This document shows, one piece after another, positions 50,247-61,272 of a stretch of DNA of 64,000 bases. Positions within the stretch are counted from its first letter, which is position 1, and the number at the start of each line of letters is the position of its first letter. The notes under the pieces are model-generated. The model saw only the letters and a program-made list of their open reading frames with translations. It was not told where the DNA came from and made no database searches. Made by a program: the position numbers and the translations under genes. This stretch comes from Rotaria socialis (Eukaryota), in NCBI GenBank assembly GCA_905331295.1, contig CAJNYD010000015.1, forward strand, positions 124,001 to 188,000, read 5' to 3'.

Positions 50247-51239
50247 CTGAGCGGCGATTCGACCTATATTTCCTCTATTTTCAAAAACGTCCTATTTTTG
50301 TTCTATATTTTAATGAAAATTCCTATTTTTCCTATATTTTATCGAATAAAGTAGGAAATTTCCAAAAACCTCTTAATTTTGCTATTGCCTTTAGACGAAA
50401 AAAAACTTTTAATGTGTATAACCATGTGTTTTGAACAGATTCTTGCATTATAGTGAAATTTGTTTTAAATAGTATTTTTCCTTTCATCTATTTAGTGGGC
50501 TGATTGAGAAATTGTTTAATACTAAGTACAAAATACAAAATAGTTCAAAAGAAAAAAACATTCACAAAATGATCATGTACTAGTTTCAGGTTTTTAGTGA
50601 GGTTTTAGTTAGATATAAAAGCTGTATGTATATACCCCTGGAAAAAATAAGTTTCACTCTGTATTTTGAAGATACTGTTACCAAAAGAACATATTTTTTT
50701 AAAAGGAACGACATCTTCTGAAAGCTCGTGAAATTTTACACCATCCTGTGTATATGCATTTTGATTTACACTTATTTATTACCAGAAAAAATTGATTTAT
50801 GATAAAATACAAAATAAACTTGTGGAAAATAATAAGCAATACATGCTGATTATCAGGACAATAAAATTAGGTTGAGATTTTTTGGAGAGTCATGTCCGTA
50901 ATCTGAAACGTCTCCTTTAATTTATGAGAATAGTATTTGTCTTTTTCATGTATTTGTTTTTTCAAAGCTTATGATCTACTTTACTGTTATTTATCGATTT
51001 GTGAAAAACTTTTATAATGATCCTCGAATTAGCGACTTATTTCCGTAGAAAAAATTACATAAGGATCTTGGCTACAGTTGAACTGTTTATAACACCTTCA
51101 TTAAAATGATTTTCGAGCAGGACAGTTAAAAAACAGCAAAACAATTCAACAGAAACTATGAATAAAACATCCTATATTTTTGACAACCTTGATCCTCTAA
51201 GGATTCCTATATTTTTAAACAAGTGCAATGGGAGGCCAG
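50247..51239. mobile_element. Non-autonomous DNA element with an 8-bp TSD (hAT-like)
   Basis: ttctatgg duplicated at 50239-50246 and 51240-51247; ends ctg.../...cag; subterminal cctatattt repeats at both ends; TIR otherwise weak. Confidence 0.65.
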
Positions 51240-51371
51240 TTCTATGGAAAAAAAAACTTATGATCAAATGCATATAGCATACACTATTAACCAACTAATG
51301 AAAGATGATTCATCTGTTTTTCTTTCTAAAATGTAACTTGCATATATTTTTAATTTAAAACCCTACATTTT

Positions 51372-51805
51372 TACATAAATAGATATGACTTTTTTTAAAA
51401 TGATAGTACAATATTAAAACAAAGAATCATTTTTTCATATTGAGGGATCGATAAAATCGAATCCAGTTATGATAAATTCCCATTAAAGGTATTTGTTGAT
51501 ATAAAGAATGAGAATGCACATTTTATTTATCAGACTACTGAATCAGCTTAGTAAATAATTAATTGCCACGATTATTATCTTTAAAGTATCTCATTTAAGG
51601 TGGGTTTTTTCCCGATAAAAAAATGACATTTACGTTCATTTGAGATGTTAGATTCATTAATGAATGTGCGCAAATATTTCAACCAACATACGATAATTAT
51701 AATGACACTGACAGAATGTTAAACAATCATACAATAAAAAGACGAACAGGCATTGATGGTTTCTTCTTTCTTACTATCTTAGTCATTCATTATTTACCTA
51801 TCAAT
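51372..51805. repeat. Diverged dispersed direct repeat, copy 2 (partner 42000-42417)
   Basis: Same colinear blocks as copy 1. Confidence 0.85.
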
Positions 51806-53268
51806 GAGATAATGACTATTGAATTGGAAAACAAAAAAATGCACCATATGCGCCATAGATTATTGTGTTTGTTTTTCTAATCTTGAACAATTTCGTCTGC
51901 GTGACTCTACTAAAACTTCATGGCATGAGTATGACTCAATAAAACCCATCAAAAGCAATAATAATAAGTTTTTCCATCAAAACTCACCAGAATACAGTCA
52001 TACTATTTTTCATTTTATTTAAAATTTAATTAAGAGTTAAAGAAGTAAACGCCAGTTAGCCCTTAAGAGCCAGATGTCCCCCTTCCACGGGACATAGTAT
52101 AACTTCAATAAAATCTACTATAAGAATTTTGTGCAAAACCTAACATTTTTCTGAACTAACATGATATTCTTGATTATGAAGAGATAAAAATATAATTATC
52201 AAGTGACTCATAGGCCGAAAAAGGACGCTGTGAAGACTCGTGATTTTTTTAAATATCAAGGAGCGTTTCTTATTCATATAATCGATGTACGGCTTTGGTT
52301 TTTTAAGCGGTATTGTTAAACGTAGTGTTGATATATCTCATGAAGTCAATCCGTGAATTATAAATTATTCCACTAACGCAACATGCCATCATAAGCAATA
52401 TATTCCGTGTATGAGATATTTCTCCTCACGAATAAATCGAAACATAAGAATTTCGACTTGCAGTTTCGTTCATATATAGCTGATATGCTATTTAGGTTGC
52501 CCTGAAATTTTCACCAACTTCTGGAGATATGGCATATTGAAGAAAAGCTGAATTTTGCTATTTTTTTGCAACCAATATCTCAATAGCAATGCATCTGTTT
52601 TTTCTGAAAATTTAAGCATCATATAAACTGATTACAAGGAAAATTTCAGATCGAAATTTCTTTCTTTCAGGTTTTTACAAGGTCCAATATTTCGACCAAA
52701 GCTATTCGAATAATATTCGTTCTTCTTTTTATTTGAAATGAATATAAGTCACAGTCACACGTTTTAACAGTTATAGTCTATTAAGTTAAACCATTGAATT
52801 CTATAGAATGAAAAACAAAATCAACGAATGTACGATGAAACATTCTTTTCCATGTTTCCTATCATAAATATTTTGATACATTTACCAACTTTAGTGAGTG
52901 TTCGTTCAAATCTATTGATTAATAAACACTTCTGAATAAAAAACGTGGGTATGCACAATCATTAACTATCAGTTGAATATCCAGTCGTGCTATTATAATA
53001 CCCTGGTGATGACTGCAACTGGTTGATCTAGAACGTGAAACAAATAGAATTGAGATGCAATACATCTGTGACATTCATGTATTCATCTATATAATTTTTA
53101 CGATAACGATCTATTTTTTTCATGAAATGGCAACAGTTAATTGTGTTAGCGAGCATGCAACAGCATTTAATATTAATGCTGATATTGTACCACGGGCCGA
53201 ATAGCTTTACGGTAGATTTAAGGTAAAGTAGTTTGTTGTACTACTGCTAAAGTTTTCAACAGAGAGTG

Positions 53269-53543
53269 CCCATGTAAAAAAATCAGTTTTAGAGAGGTCG
53301 AAATCGATTATAATCATAGCAAAATCAGTAGTTAATCGATTGTTTTCATTTTTATGATTATAATCAATTGTTAAAAATATCTTAATTAATTATAATCATA
53401 AAAATGGCAATAATCGATTGACTACTGATTTTTCTATGGTGATTACAGCTAAAATTATTGATTAAAATCGTATGATCATAATCGATTTGTCATTGATTTT
53501 GATCTCTCTAAAGCTGATTTTTTTCGATATTTTTTTACATGGG
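53269..53543. mobile_element. Palindromic MITE
   Basis: TIRs cccatgtaaaaaaat/attttttacatggg; internal inverted aaatcagt, aatcgatt and attataatcat motifs. Confidence 0.8.
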
Positions 53544-55385
53544 TGATTCTCATGAAAATATACTCATATTTTGTGAACTTTTATCAGATATTTCTTGAAT
53601 ATATGTTTACGTTTGTTAATATGAATATAGGTTGTTTCACTCTGCATATAGATTGAAGTGTGAATCAAGGCAATTGTAGGATTTATCACGAGAATTAGAT
53701 TACTAAAAATAAACAAATGAACACGAGTAGTATAGAATTTCAGTTTTGAAACATTTTAAAAGAATTCAAAATTTTTATCAACAAGAATTTAGAAAAATGT
53801 TAAAGATATTCCTATCCTTAAGGTAATGGGACATTTTATTTTTGCGCTGATAAAACGGTGAAATCGATTCTTTTTTTGAATTTTTACTCTTTTACTTTTG
53901 GACTTTGAAGTGTAGAGCTTTTGTGTTTGTTTACAAGAATATTTTCATGAAACATAATTTGATCAATGTGAGACGTATGAATCAAAGCCTTCTGATCAAT
54001 AACATACAAACATTTGCAAAGCCTTGATGTTGACAAAGCGAAACCCTGGTAATTATTGAAATAGATGATTTGACAATAACTGTGGTAATGCCTATATCCA
54101 TCAAGCGGCTTAACTATAGTTAAAGTAAAAAAAATGTAGAAAGGCAAGAGGAAAAATATAAGGTGTTCATTGAGACGTATCATGTCTAACCAAACATGCT
54201 GTGGCCTTATACCCAGAATACCTATTCATAAGCACTTTCATTTATATTTTAGATATGACAGGTGTTCTATTATAAAAATAACAAAAGCAATGACTTGTCT
54301 TTTTGTATCTAGCTGTATAAAAAAATATTGATCTGAATGAACGAGAATTTTTGTGTGTCAATACCATCGAAAAATGTTTCATAAAATCTACTAATAAATT
54401 AGTATTTTATTAGCAGACAAAATACGATTTATAAACGCAGAATTTGTTAACGAGTCAAACAGTTTTTTTTAGTATTGATGATTAAATGTTTTTTTCTTTC
54501 TCACAAAAATAATGTTCCTTTTAATGAAACTTCATCAGTACACCATTCACATCGATATATTATTGGTAAATTATTGACAGATAATGAAACAAACTAACAT
54601 GAATGATATAAAAAAAGAAAGGCTATTGAAGCATGATACATAAGATAGAAAGTGATAATCTAAATAAACGATCTAGCATGATAAAATACGAATACTGTGT
54701 AGGGTTTTTACGTATCTCTTTGCCCAGTAATCACAATGAATAGAAAGGCACGAATCAAAAGAATAATGTGTCTTATATTAAATGGATTTTCATAGATAAG
54801 CAGCATGCTCATTTAATTCGAAATTATCAGAAATCTATCAATAATATTTCAAACGTTATTGGTCATCAAGAGTAATTCGAAATTTGGTTTGTTTGAATCA
54901 CTTTAATGTAACATATTAATCGACAAGAGTTCCTAGATCAAAAACTTTGAGTTTAAAATGTTTAAAAGTGAAAAATAAAAATTTTTGAAAGACGATAGCA
55001 GACGCTCAACTGGGTTTTTCATCTGAAATTTATTTCATTAAAAAAAACGATTGTATTAATTCAATATCCTCGCTCATATTTTCTAGTTCTTTTTTTTGTA
55101 ATTCACTGTAACAAATATATTTTAGTTGGAATATACTGACAAAATTGCTTGGCGAAAAATAATTTACATTCATTATTATTTTTAATCTGAGCACTGATAA
55201 AAGTGCTCCTCGAACTTTTATACCTATTCATTATGCTATTTCTATATAAAAACAAGTTTGCAAATGCATTTTAATTTGTGTCAGAAAAATTATTTTGAAC
55301 ACAGATATTATTTATAAGACCGATAGAAAAAGAGAACGTGATATTTATTTGTTATAATAATGGTTTTTAATCATATTTCATATTA

Positions 55386-56010
55386 CTAATGAGGGAGGGT
55401 CACCGACTGTTCAATACCTTTTGCGTTGGAGCTATTTACATTATGTAGCTCCCGAGAAGTTATCGATACGCTGAAAATATTTTGGGCAGATAGCTTGCTG
55501 CTATGAAAAAAGTCCATTTGTAAGGTATGGTTTTTAGTGAGTACCTGAACTCCCCCACAGGAACCTTGAAAAAAATTGATTTTCGAATTTCGACTTGAAA
55601 TTTTACATAGAAATACACCTCAACAAGAATAATGTTTTGTGAATGTTTTTGGTCATTGAATTTGTTTGTTTCGTCAAATCTGCTACCTTATTTAAAAGAT
55701 GTAAAATAAAAATTTCACAATAGCTGTGTGTAATGATAGGAAAAGTAGAATGGCCTGAAATGGTCACGAAACACTATTCTCGTTAAGGTATATTTCTATG
55801 CAAATTTTCAAGTTGAAATTCGAAAATCAATTTCTTTCAAGGTTCCTGAGGGGGAGTTCAGGTACTCACTAAAAACCATACCTTACAAATGGACTATTTT
55901 CGTGCCAACAAACTATCCACCCAAAATATTTTCAGCGTATCCGGGAGCTACATAATGCAAATAGTTTCAACGCAAAAGCGGTTGAACAGTCGGTGGCCTT
56001 CCGCTGCAAG
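55386..56010. mobile_element. Foldback MITE with ~300-bp inverted arms and TA TSD (same family as 62248-62881)
   Basis: TA|ctaatgagggagggtcaccgactgttcaa...ttgaacagtcggtggccttccgctgcaag|TA; arms match through gtccatttgtaaggtatggtttttagtgagtacctgaactcccc. Confidence 0.9.
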
Positions 56011-56938
56011 TACATTGACATGAGAATTCAAAAAATCTAAAGTACAATCAGAAAAAATTCTCCTTACACTACAGAAAATTTGACTACCCTGTTACTGATG
56101 ACTGGTGTTTGAGTTTCGCGATATCATTATAATATAGGTCAAAATGAGAAAAAAGTGGAGCATTAAAAAGAAATCAATATTTGCAATAATTATCTCACCT
56201 ACTTACACTTCACGGTCTTACAGTATATTTGATTGAAGTTTTTATTCTTGTTCCAAAGGGAATTGAATCTGTTATACACAATACAATTAGTAAATGTATC
56301 ATGCTTCTCAAATATTTTTCTTGCTTACATAAACTATCAAAACTTTCGCAAGAGATAGAGATTGTGATAAATGTAATAGCTACTCATTCATATATATGAA
56401 TTGTCAGGCTTTTCATTTGCTTTTTTTATATCCGTGACAAAAATCCCCCGATAAATCTTACAAGCATATGTCTGTTTTATTTATCAATTTTTTTCATTTA
56501 ACTCTACGTTTTGCTTGATCAGGCACGATCCTTCTCGATAGGCTTTTAGTTTTTATCTTTGTTTTTTTTTATTGCCTATCTGTGTATCTGTATCAAACGC
56601 ATGAATCATCGTAGCTACCAATCCAATCATTTTGTCAGCATTGTCATGATTTATGGGTCGAAAAGTAATAATACTTTTTTTATTGTTGGCAGGCAAATCA
56701 TCAAGGTAATTAGGTAGGTTGTCCTTCGTCGTTATGCAAAATAGCAATCACATTTGTCTAGTTAGACAAAGGAATGCTGAACATGAGAAATTTCTTTTTC
56801 TTCCTATGAAAATAAGGACAGAGAAAACAAGTGGGAGTCGAAAAAAAACAAGACTATATATCCGAGGATAAATGCAATGCTTTGCTTCATACTTGCCTCA
56901 ATTAACGACAACGTAGCCTATACACATCAAGGATAGCA

Positions 56939-57905
56939 ATGTCTTCAACATCGTTAACTGCGCCTGTTGATAAAGGCTCTAAAGGGTAAAATTCAATTGT
57001 TTTAAGCTTATCGATATTTTTCAAAAACCAAATTGTTGATTTTCATAGTGGAATTATTGGTGCCAGCACTTTACCATTGGTTTCAGTATGTTGTATTGGC
57101 TTATTACTCTTGTTGCTTGCCTCGACCATCGTCTTGGCTCTTATTCCAATCTATTTGGGAACTAAAGATTTATCAAGTAAGTAGATATATATTTAAGAAA
57201 ATGATCTAGTCTAATATCACATGCCGATGACTTTATGAGAATAATTCTCTGTTGAAGATCTTAGCACCACTTCGACACAATATCTAACTTTAAATCCATC
57301 ACCAAGCGTTCCAGCCTTAGGTGATACATCAGCAGCTGACTGTGCTACTATCGCAGACGCAGTAAGACAATGAATTATTAAGATTCCCACTAACAATCAA
57401 TCGATGCTTCTTTTAGATGAGTAGTGCAGTTGGTTCACCAGGCTCACTGACTCCAAGTCAATGCACATTTGCTACGACACCAGGCAGACGTCGACGAGCT
57501 TGGTATGTTTATAAATAAATGAAATTTTTCTCAATTTTGCTTCTTTGGTACTGCAGGCCAATGAGTCGCACTCGTCGTCAGGGTGGAGCGCTTCTCTTTA
57601 TAAAAATTGTCATTAACTTGCTCAGATGCCCACGTTGTCGTAAAAGATCAAATCTTGCAAAATGGAAGGGAGTAAGCTTCTCGGTGTCATTCTTTTTCTT
57701 TGGCCCTCGAACCTGTAGTTTCACAATTGCAAGTATTGGCTCCACAAGCGGTAATACTATTTGATGCCTAATTTATTTCATAGTCATTTATTTTGTTTTT
57801 CTTTCTCGTTTCATAGTATTTAACCGTCTAACCACCGAGACTTCGTCAACAACAACTACAACGACTTCAACAAATGCCGCTACTTCTGCTAATCCAAGTG
57901 GTTAA
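56939..57905 (+). CDS. Type II membrane protein with furin-like sites, CPRC motif and Thr-rich tail (paralogue of 44765-45665), 6 exons
   Basis: MSSTSLTAPVDKGSK / ..VCCIGLLLLLLASTIVLALIPIYL / ..CTFATTPGRRRRAW / PMSRTRRQ..LRCPRCR.. / ..TTETSSTTTTTTSTNAATSANPSG*; stop at 57903-57905. Confidence 0.85.
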
Positions 57906-58968
57906 TACAATTATTTCAACACACATAATTAACACAAAGATGACTCTATTGTCGATACTTAACATAAATACACTAAACTGGATCCTTGTGATGCTACTAA
58001 CTTTCATACTAATTTTCTTTTCTATTAGTTAGATTCTTTTTCCGAGTCGTATTATTTTTTTTCTCTTATATTTATCGTACGAGGATGTAAAAGAAGCAAC
58101 CACACACCAATAATCTATATACGTACATCTCTACACACCAAGAACCTAACTCTCGAATTTTTTTCTTATCGTATTTGTTAACAAACATATGCCATTTCGT
58201 TTCCTTTTATTGTTTTTTTTCATCTTCAGACAATAAAATTATGAATTACGAATGCCTTTCGTTTTTACTATGAAAAGATAATAAATGAAATCTGTTTCAG
58301 GGTTATATTTCGTCGAGTGTTTTAATAGGCAAGTGCATTGCTATTTATTGTGTATTTTAATAGGTAATAATCGTTTCGTGAACTTTGAGCCGAATAAACA
58401 TACTTTGACGATATAAATGCGTCCATAGGAATCATCGGTATGATTTAAGCGGACGAATTATTACTTAACAATTATCGTATGATTTCACCTATTCATCTGT
58501 TCTTTTCCTTTTGTGTGTCTGTTTTAGCTATGAGGAAAATGAATGATGTGCAGGTGATTCATCATTGGCTTGAAAGAACCTTAACAAAATTTATCTAAAT
58601 TAAGAATTTCAAAGAGACAACATGTATATTTATGAAATGATAACGATGATATGAGTCTTATATTTTTTTATCGTGTGTAAAATGAAAAGATTATTCGTGT
58701 CAATATGCACAACATTTAAAAAAAAATTCTATACTGGTCAGTTTGTAGAACGATGTAAGTATTCACGTGTGGTTTATTACAATTTAAGTTTTTTTAATCT
58801 AAATCCTATAAAATTAATCAATCTCACTGAAAATGGAGAATGTTTTCTTATTAGAAACTATTCGGCTTATAGACAGAAGTAAGAAATAAATTCTTTTGTT
58901 TTTATTTTGAAGAAGACAAGTCACACCGACTTTACATTGGTTTTAATTCTATCAAAATATCATTAGAA

Positions 58969-60312
58969 ATGGCTTCTTTCTTATTTTTCATGCTGATGAC
59001 ATCATTAAGTATGATGTGTGTTGGTTCTTATCAATACCAGCATCCTAACGCTAAATTAATGGTGATGAACGGTGATCCGACTTCAGGTTTTATTAATGTT
59101 CGTTTACCTCCCTACAATGCAACAGGTGATGGTATTACCGATGATACAAATGCTATTCAACGAGCTTTGAATGATACTGGTAGTATGGGTGGCGGTATTG
59201 TCTTCATACCCGAAGGCAATTATTTAATTGCTAGTCATTTGACATTACCCGCTGCTACTGTATTAAAGGGTGTTGCATCGCACGTTCAAAGAAATTGGGG
59301 TGATCCAAATAGAAAATCTGTTTTTGGAACAACACTTTTAGCGATTGCCGATGCCGGAAATGAAAATGGAACAGCTTTTATTTCTTTATCGGGCGATAGT
59401 AGTGGTATTGAAGGCCTACAAATATTTTATCCAAACCAAGTACCAAGAAATCCACCCATAGCTTATCCATGGACAATACGATGTGGACAACAAGGAAAGA
59501 GTATTGAAAATAATTATGTTAAAAATGTTCTATTAGTTAATCCTTGGAAAGGTATTGACGCCGCAACATATGAAGCGCCTCGTCATTGGTTTGAAAATGT
59601 TTATGGGCAACCATTAGCAATTGGCATAGCTGTTGATCAATGTTATGATATTGGAAGAATCAGTCATATACATTTCTGGCCATTTTGGTCAAGTGAGCTA
59701 GAATTATGGAATTGGGTTAATAATAATGGAATAACATTTTTATTTCAAAGAACTGATTGGGAAGTCGTTGAAGATGTATTTAGTTGGGGCTATCAAATTG
59801 GCATGGCTTTTCGTACGAGCGCCTATGGAGCTTGCAATGGACAATTTACAGATATCAATTTTGATAATGTTGATATTGGTATTGAGGTGTCATATACTCA
59901 AACATGGGGCATTTTATTTTCGAATTTAAATCTAGCTAATGCCGGCGGTGGCTCAAATCGTATTGGAATATTAGGACGCGCAATTAATAGTACGAAACCA
60001 ACAGATGCATCTGTAGTTGTACGTGGTGCATCGTTTTGGGGTGTTTTTCATCAAACAATTGTTTGGTCACATGTGGGTTTAATTTCAATCAGTGACTCAT
60101 TGTTTGCTCAATGGAATAAAACATCGCCCGGAATTGAAATTCAACGTGGACGAGCTATGATTAATAATAATTATTTTGGCGATAATGTTGGAAATGCGGT
60201 AACAGTGTTGGATGGGGCCGATCGCGTTACTATCACTAATAATCATTTTAATGGAAATAGATTGAATGTAGTTACTAAACCTACTGTTTTAGTGGCGAAT
60301 AATTTAGAATAA
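58969..60312 (+). CDS. Secreted pectin-lyase-fold (Pectate_lyase_3-type beta-helix) carbohydrate-active protein; intronless, HGT candidate
   Basis: 447-aa uninterrupted ORF; signal peptide; INVRLPPYNATGDGITDDTNAIQRAL..GGGIVFIPEGNYLI motif; Asn/Gly beta-helix repeats. Confidence 0.9.
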   Translation: MASFLFFMLMTSLSMMCVGSYQYQHPNAKLMVMNGDPTSGFINVRLPPYNATGDGITDDTNAIQRALNDTGSMGGGIVFIPEGNYLIASHLTLPAATVLKGVASHVQRNWGDPNRKSVFGTTLLAIADAGNENGTAFISLSGDSSGIEGLQIFYPNQVPRNPPIAYPWTIRCGQQGKSIENNYVKNVLLVNPWKGIDAATYEAPRHWFENVYGQPLAIGIAVDQCYDIGRISHIHFWPFWSSELELWNWVNNNGITFLFQRTDWEVVEDVFSWGYQIGMAFRTSAYGACNGQFTDINFDNVDIGIEVSYTQTWGILFSNLNLANAGGGSNRIGILGRAINSTKPTDASVVVRGASFWGVFHQTIVWSHVGLISISDSLFAQWNKTSPGIEIQRGRAMINNNYFGDNVGNAVTVLDGADRVTITNNHFNGNRLNVVTKPTVLVANNLE

Positions 60313-61272
60313 AATTTCATAAAATCCAGGACTAATAAAATTTATTTTTTACTTTTCTGAATTGAATGATTGATTTAAATAAGTAGTAGAGGTAATAGAA
60401 ATTTTTCTAGTACAACTTTAATGGGGATTGAATAAAAAAAAAGGCAATCTAACAACTAATGATAATAATTAGGAAAAAAAAGTATTTTGCCAACTCTGAG
60501 ACATGTTTTCTCACGTAAGTCACCGAAAATACAACAACAGAAAAGTGTCTATATTTCACAGAGATACAAACAACAATGTAGTCTGTCGTGATCCTTGAAT
60601 GTTTACAATCCTGTTTCAACATTCTTGTTCGATTGAACTTTTCAAAATAGATTGTTAACTAATAAATGAGGGTGATTCATACGAGACGAAAAAAAAAGTT
60701 TTTCGGTTTCACCTTCAATCGATGTTTGGTTACAGGTACAAAGTACAGTAGTTATCATGAGAAGCTTCAATAATTTCTAGACTTTATGTTTTCGGAAGAA
60801 GCACTTTGTTTTCAAATAGACGTTTTTCGTAATTTAGCGAATTATGTAAGAATATTTTCAAAAATTTGATGGCTATGAAATAATCTCGTAGAGAAATTAA
60901 AAACTAAATATATCGATGAGCTACACGACTGCATGAAAAAGAACTCTAATAAATTCACTCTGCTCATTAGATTTTTCCGTAAACAATCAAGATTCTTACA
61001 TTATTTCTATATAATAACTCTTGATAGAATTTATATTTTACTCTGCAATAAACTTCGTGTACTCATTCTATATGAGTAACCACTGCTTGATGTTCATTTT
61101 TGTGTCATTAGTTTTCATAAAATACTTGATTTTCTAAATATATTTCTATAAAAAAAATCTTTATTTCTTCAACGGATAAACTTAATATTGAATCATATTT
61201 TCGAGCATGCTCAGAAAACTCTCTAGAAAACAGAATTGTTGTGTTCTTTTTTTTACAAAAATATCCATTTCT

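Noticed and set aside
52057..52720. piggyBac-like left end (ttagcccttaagagcc...)
   Set aside because: No matching right TIR or TTAA pair found; at most a TE fragment.
56553..56747. 64-aa minus-strand ORF (also 53884-54183 and 16529-16894)
   Set aside because: No recognisable motif or splice context; consistent with chance ORFs in AT-rich DNA.
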